A DNA stretch of 63,899 bases, filler included, from Ministeria vibrans ATCC 50519 (lineage: Eukaryota > Protista > Filasterea), in assembly GCA_943704425.1 (NCBI GenBank). It is 5 parts of 5 records of this genome, joined end to end, with 100 filler letters (N's around TTAATTAATTAA, not from the genome) between each part and the next. Parts side by side here need not be neighbours in the genome. Positions count along the whole stretch, not along the records: positions 62,527 to 63,899 come from CALSCP010001944.1; 4 more parts are not named here. The stretch is one strand, 5' to 3'. Positions within the stretch are counted from its first letter, which is position 1. Each line of letters begins with the position of its first letter. A program made the position numbers and the translations under genes. The notes below the pieces were generated by a model. It saw only the letters and a program-made list of their open reading frames with translations. It was not told the DNA's origin and did not search any database. This document shows, one piece after another, positions 62,628-63,899 of this stretch.

Positions 62628-63885
62628 CTTGTGACCAATGCCTTGGATAAGGCGGCCCGCGTCACGCATGTGGTTGATAAACTCGCGCGGGGCCATTCCG
62701 GTGTCGTAGGCCTCGGTAAAGTCACGGGCGGCGCCGTCGAGAGCTCCGCCAAAGCGATCGCCAATGGTAAGCAGACCTGTCACAAGCGACGAGACGAGAT
62801 CCTTTCCGGCACGCGTTGTCACAATGGTGTTGTGTGCGCCCGAGACGGCCGGGCCATGATCGGCCACAATCATCAGACTCATCTCAATAAAGCGTGTCGC
62901 ATAGCTGGGCAGACGACGCTTGAACCACAGCAGTGACAGCACACCACCGACGCCAATGTCTTCACTGAATGCCGCACTAATCGGCATCCCCGCGTACAGC
63001 AGCTCCTCTCCTCGCTCGTCGCAAATAGTCGTCATAAACTGCGCGGGCTTGCGGATCAGCCCCAGCTCTTTCGCCCACGAGTAGTCAATCGGCACTTTGG
63101 GCACGGGCGGCTCGCGTCCAACTACAATTTTTCCCTGAAAAGAAGAGCCAAATAATATCAATCTGAGTGACTCTTGGTGTTTGCTCGCATCGTAGACAGA
63201 ATCGAGGCTCAATCAGTCTCGAATCTGAATCTCTCTCCTCAATCCATCAATCAAGCAATGTCACAATCAGACTCTCATCTCAACCAATCGACTCGTAAAG
63301 TACGCGAAGCACAATAATAATTATTATAATATTATTATTAATATTTGTGCATACCTCTTGAACGAGCTTCTTGTACGTCGTCTGAATGGCTGCGTCGAGC
63401 TTGTCAAAGTTGGCCGGGACGACACAGCCGGCCTCGGCGAGCGCCTTGTTCTTAGCACGAGCGGTCTCACGAAGTGCATTGGCACACGCACCGGCATGGC
63501 CAAACTGGACTTCACTGGCAAACGCATCGGCACACGTACCAATGCACCACGCGACGAGCGGCTTGGTCAGTGTTCCGTCGCGCACCGCCTCACAAATGCG
63601 GTACTCCTCAGTGCCGCCAATCTCGCCCAGAAGCACAAGCATCTTGACCGCCGGGTCACGCTGGTAGCGCAGCAAATGGTCCAGGAAGGTCGAGCCGGGA
63701 TAGCGATCGCCGCCAATGGCAACGCCCTCGTAGACGCCGTCAGTCACGCGCGAGATGATGTTGTTGAGCTCGTTGCTCATCCCTCCGCTGCGGCTCACGT
63801 ATGCCACTGAACCCGGACGGTACAGCTTACTTGAAATGATGTTATCCAGCATTCCTCCTGTGTTTCCAATCTTGAAGCATCCAGC
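62628..63885 (-). CDS. ACLY: ATP-citrate lyase, internal exons (partial at both ends)
   Basis: [58 protein letters not shown] (phospho-His), [35 protein letters not shown]. Confidence 0.96.
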
Positions 63886-63899
63886 CTAACAAAAAAAAA

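Overview
Eukaryotic, intron-rich nuclear DNA made of five contigs joined by artificial 100-nt N44-TTAATTAATTAA-N44 linkers (26629-26728, 31125-31224, 57866-57965, 62427-62526); adjacency across linkers is meaningless. The gene set (inner-arm axonemal dynein DNAH12-like, ASK-family MAP3K, ACTR10, ERCC6L2, VMP1, VPS29, PRIM1, EMG1, RSL1D1, alpha-SNAP, ATP-citrate lyase, Sushi/TSP1/LamG surface protein) and a (CCCTAA)n telomere suggest a flagellated protist, probably a unicellular holozoan or relative (inference). All identifications are by eye from motif recall; no database search was run. Most striking signals: (1) two inverted copies of a circularly permuted tRNA-Lys(CUU) gene (3' piece 60-73 upstream of 5' piece 1-59) with a bulge-helix-bulge processing motif at the 59/60 junction; (2) a probable one-nucleotide exon in the dynein heavy chain gene; (3) a subtelomeric OAS/CD-NTase-like nucleotidyltransferase with a C-terminal membrane anchor; (4) a membrane-anchored M60 peptidase with LamG/Sushi/TSP1 domains; (5) an LRR receptor kinase with a ~187-aa DFG-to-APE segment.
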